Below are positions 22,682 through 24,000 of a stretch of DNA of 24,000 bases, piece after piece. The notes beneath the pieces are model-generated. The model did not search any database. It was given only the letters and a program-made list of their open reading frames with translations, and was not told the DNA's origin. A program made the translations under genes and the position numbers. The stretch is from an uncultured Peptostreptococcaceae bacterium. GTDB taxonomy: Bacteria > Bacillota > Clostridia > Tissierellales > Peptoniphilaceae. The DNA is taken from contig CAMYOU010000004.1 in the NCBI GenBank assembly GCA_947283485.1, positions 880-24,879 on the forward strand, written 5' to 3'. Position 1 is the first letter of the stretch. Each line of letters opens with the position of its first letter.

Positions 22682-23755
22682 ATGAAACTTCATCTTCCCC
22701 GTGAAATCCGCGCGTTTCGCACGGAGAACGGCGTGACACAGGAGGCGCTCGCGGAGGTGCTGGGCGTGAGTGTCGGCGCGGTATATAAATGGGAAAAAGG
22801 TCTTTCGCAACCGTCGCTCGGGAATCTCGCGGCGATGGCGGATTTTTTCGATACGTCGGTGGATGTCTTAATCGGCTATGAGGCGTTTGACAATCGTCTT
22901 GCGGCGAGTGTCGCGCGTCTCAAAGAGTATTTCCATAAGAAGGATCCTACGGGGCTTGACTATGCAAAACGGATGCTCGTGAAATATCCACATGCCTTTG
23001 ACGTCGTCTATACGAGTGCGGATCTCTATTTCGTCTTCGGTCTCGAGTCGCAAGATAAGAAAAAACTCGCGCGGGCGTTGGAACTCTACGAGTCGTCGCT
23101 CGCGCTTCTCTCGCAAAATCGCAATCCAGAGATCGGCGAGACGACGATTTACGGTGCGATGGCGCAGGCGGCACTCGTCATGGGGCGCACGGATGAGGCT
23201 CTCGAGATGCTTAGAGATCACAATACGAACGGCATTTTCAATTCGGCGATCGGGATTACGCTCTCGAGGGATGACAAGCGTTACGAGGATGCGCTCGAGC
23301 CGCTTTCGAGTGCCCTGATCAAGCATGTGAGTGAGCTCGTCGGCACCGGTTTCGGCTATTTGAACGTCTATCTCCGACAAGAGGATTTCGCATCGGCAAA
23401 GGAGCTCGCTCTCTGGATGACAACGCTCCTCGCGGGTCTCAAGGACGAAGCGCATCCGAGTATCTTCGACAAGACGAACGCCGTCTTCCATGTGATCCTC
23501 GCGCATATCGCCCTCAAGACGAACGACACGGCGAAAGCCGAAGCGTACCTGCGCACCGCCAAGAACATCGCGGATCGTTTTGACGCGGTAGGCTCGTACA
23601 ATTTTCGACAGATCCGTTTTGTCACGATGACAAAACAGGCGACCGCGTACGACACGCTGGGCGAAACCGCCGAGATCGCGATCCGCAATACTTGTAAAGA
23701 ATTGGAAAACAAAGAACTGACACGACTCTGGAAGGAGGTCTCTCATGAATCCTAA
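22682..23755 (+). CDS. XRE-family helix-turn-helix transcriptional regulator with a long helical (TPR-like) C-terminal domain
   Basis: I place the start at ATG 22682, with AAGGAGGGG 5 nt upstream; the track's 22625 TTG start lacks an RBS. The N-terminal HTH_3 pattern is IRAFRTENGVTQEALAEVLGVSVGAVYKWEKGLSQPSLGNLAAMADFFDTSVDVLIGY. The remaining 290 aa or so are alpha-helical repeat-like by composition, for example ARALELYESSLALL, EALEMLRD and AKAEAYLRTAKNIA. Confidence 0.85.
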   Translation: MKLHLPREIRAFRTENGVTQEALAEVLGVSVGAVYKWEKGLSQPSLGNLAAMADFFDTSVDVLIGYEAFDNRLAASVARLKEYFHKKDPTGLDYAKRMLVKYPHAFDVVYTSADLYFVFGLESQDKKKLARALELYESSLALLSQNRNPEIGETTIYGAMAQAALVMGRTDEALEMLRDHNTNGIFNSAIGITLSRDDKRYEDALEPLSSALIKHVSELVGTGFGYLNVYLRQEDFASAKELALWMTTLLAGLKDEAHPSIFDKTNAVFHVILAHIALKTNDTAKAEAYLRTAKNIADRFDAVGSYNFRQIRFVTMTKQATAYDTLGETAEIAIRNTCKELENKELTRLWKEVSHES

Positions 23756-24000
23756 AAATCTGCAAAAAGAACTCACGCGATCGTTTTATCGCGGCAACGG
23801 TTGGTGGCTTACGCTCTCGATCATAAGTTCCCTCGCGCTCGGCTCGCTCAATATCATCGTCTCATGGCTGATGAAAGAACTCATCGACACGGCATCGGGC
23901 GTGGCGGGCGCATATCCCGTCGCGTTTCTCCTCAAACTCTCAATCGCTTTTGTTCTCTTCATGACGGTCCTATTTCTCATTCAATACGCGGCGAAACCGC
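23745..24000 (+). CDS. ABC exporter (type-I TMD) N-terminal fragment; the 3' end lies outside the window
   Basis: The ATG at 23745 has GGAGG 5 nt upstream and overlaps the regulator stop by 11 nt (ATGAATCCTAA). MNPKNLQKELTRSFYRGNGWWLTLSIISSLALGSLNIIVSWLMKELIDTASG... is the typical start of an ABC_membrane domain. The frame remains open to the window edge. Confidence 0.7.
   Translation, partial: MNPKNLQKELTRSFYRGNGWWLTLSIISSLALGSLNIIVSWLMKELIDTASGVAGAYPVAFLLKLSIAFVLFMTVLFLIQYAAKP

Noticed and set aside
22659-22685. An 8-codon upstream ORF (MKLKGGVR) whose TGA overlaps the regulator's ATG (ATGA).
   Set aside because: There is no Shine-Dalgarno upstream. Most of the ORF simply is the regulator's own RBS region (AAAGGAGGGG) read in another frame, so it is probably incidental.
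582-23755. Recurrent 11-nt gene overlaps: oppD/oppF at 2137..2147, exporter pair at 18088..18098, regulator/exporter at 23745..23755, and oppF/micro-ORF at 582..592.
   Set aside because: The overlapping sequences are unrelated to each other and use different start codons (GTG, TTG, ATG, ATG). An 11-nt overlap is one of the common out-of-frame overlap lengths, so I read this as ordinary translational coupling rather than a shared element.
1-24000. A search for CRISPR arrays, tRNA or rRNA genes, IS elements or inverted terminal repeats, integrases, toxin-antitoxin pairs, phage genes, or a compositional island.
   Set aside because: None was found. The intergenic spacers are short and fully accounted for by promoters, RBSs and terminators. 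By eye, base composition and codon style are fairly uniform, with only the small glutaredoxin-like gene and oppA looking slightly AT-richer. Gene content is core housekeeping.

Overview
This is a chromosomal, mostly housekeeping segment with Bacillota-type synteny and standard genetic code (TGG Trp, TGA used as stop). On the minus strand: lepB-lepB-lepA-hemW, then a five-gene Opp/Dpp-family peptide ABC importer (oppA-B-C-D-F plus a trailing micro-ORF), and further right holA, comEC and two half-transporter ABC exporter genes. On the plus strand: a TrkA-C fragment at the left edge, rpsT, an AlaX-like gene, ychF, a CPYC glutaredoxin-like gene, an XRE/TPR-like regulator and the start of another ABC exporter. 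I saw no tRNA, rRNA, CRISPR array, transposase, integrase or phage genes, and no obvious compositional island. The most unusual content is the Opp locus. Its OppC permease carries about 310 extra residues forming seven RCC1-like beta-propeller repeats in the first outside loop. Its OppF ATPase carries about 170 residues of charged helical insert inside the nucleotide-binding domain. Its OppA lipoprotein is oversized with an acidic helical insert. Secondary points are an AlaX-like protein that seems to lack the catalytic zinc histidines, an asymmetric heterodimeric ABC exporter apparently co-transcribed with comEC-holA, and several well-formed promoters and terminators. All domain calls come from reading motifs by eye, with no database search, and many start codons in the supplied ORF track look too far upstream.
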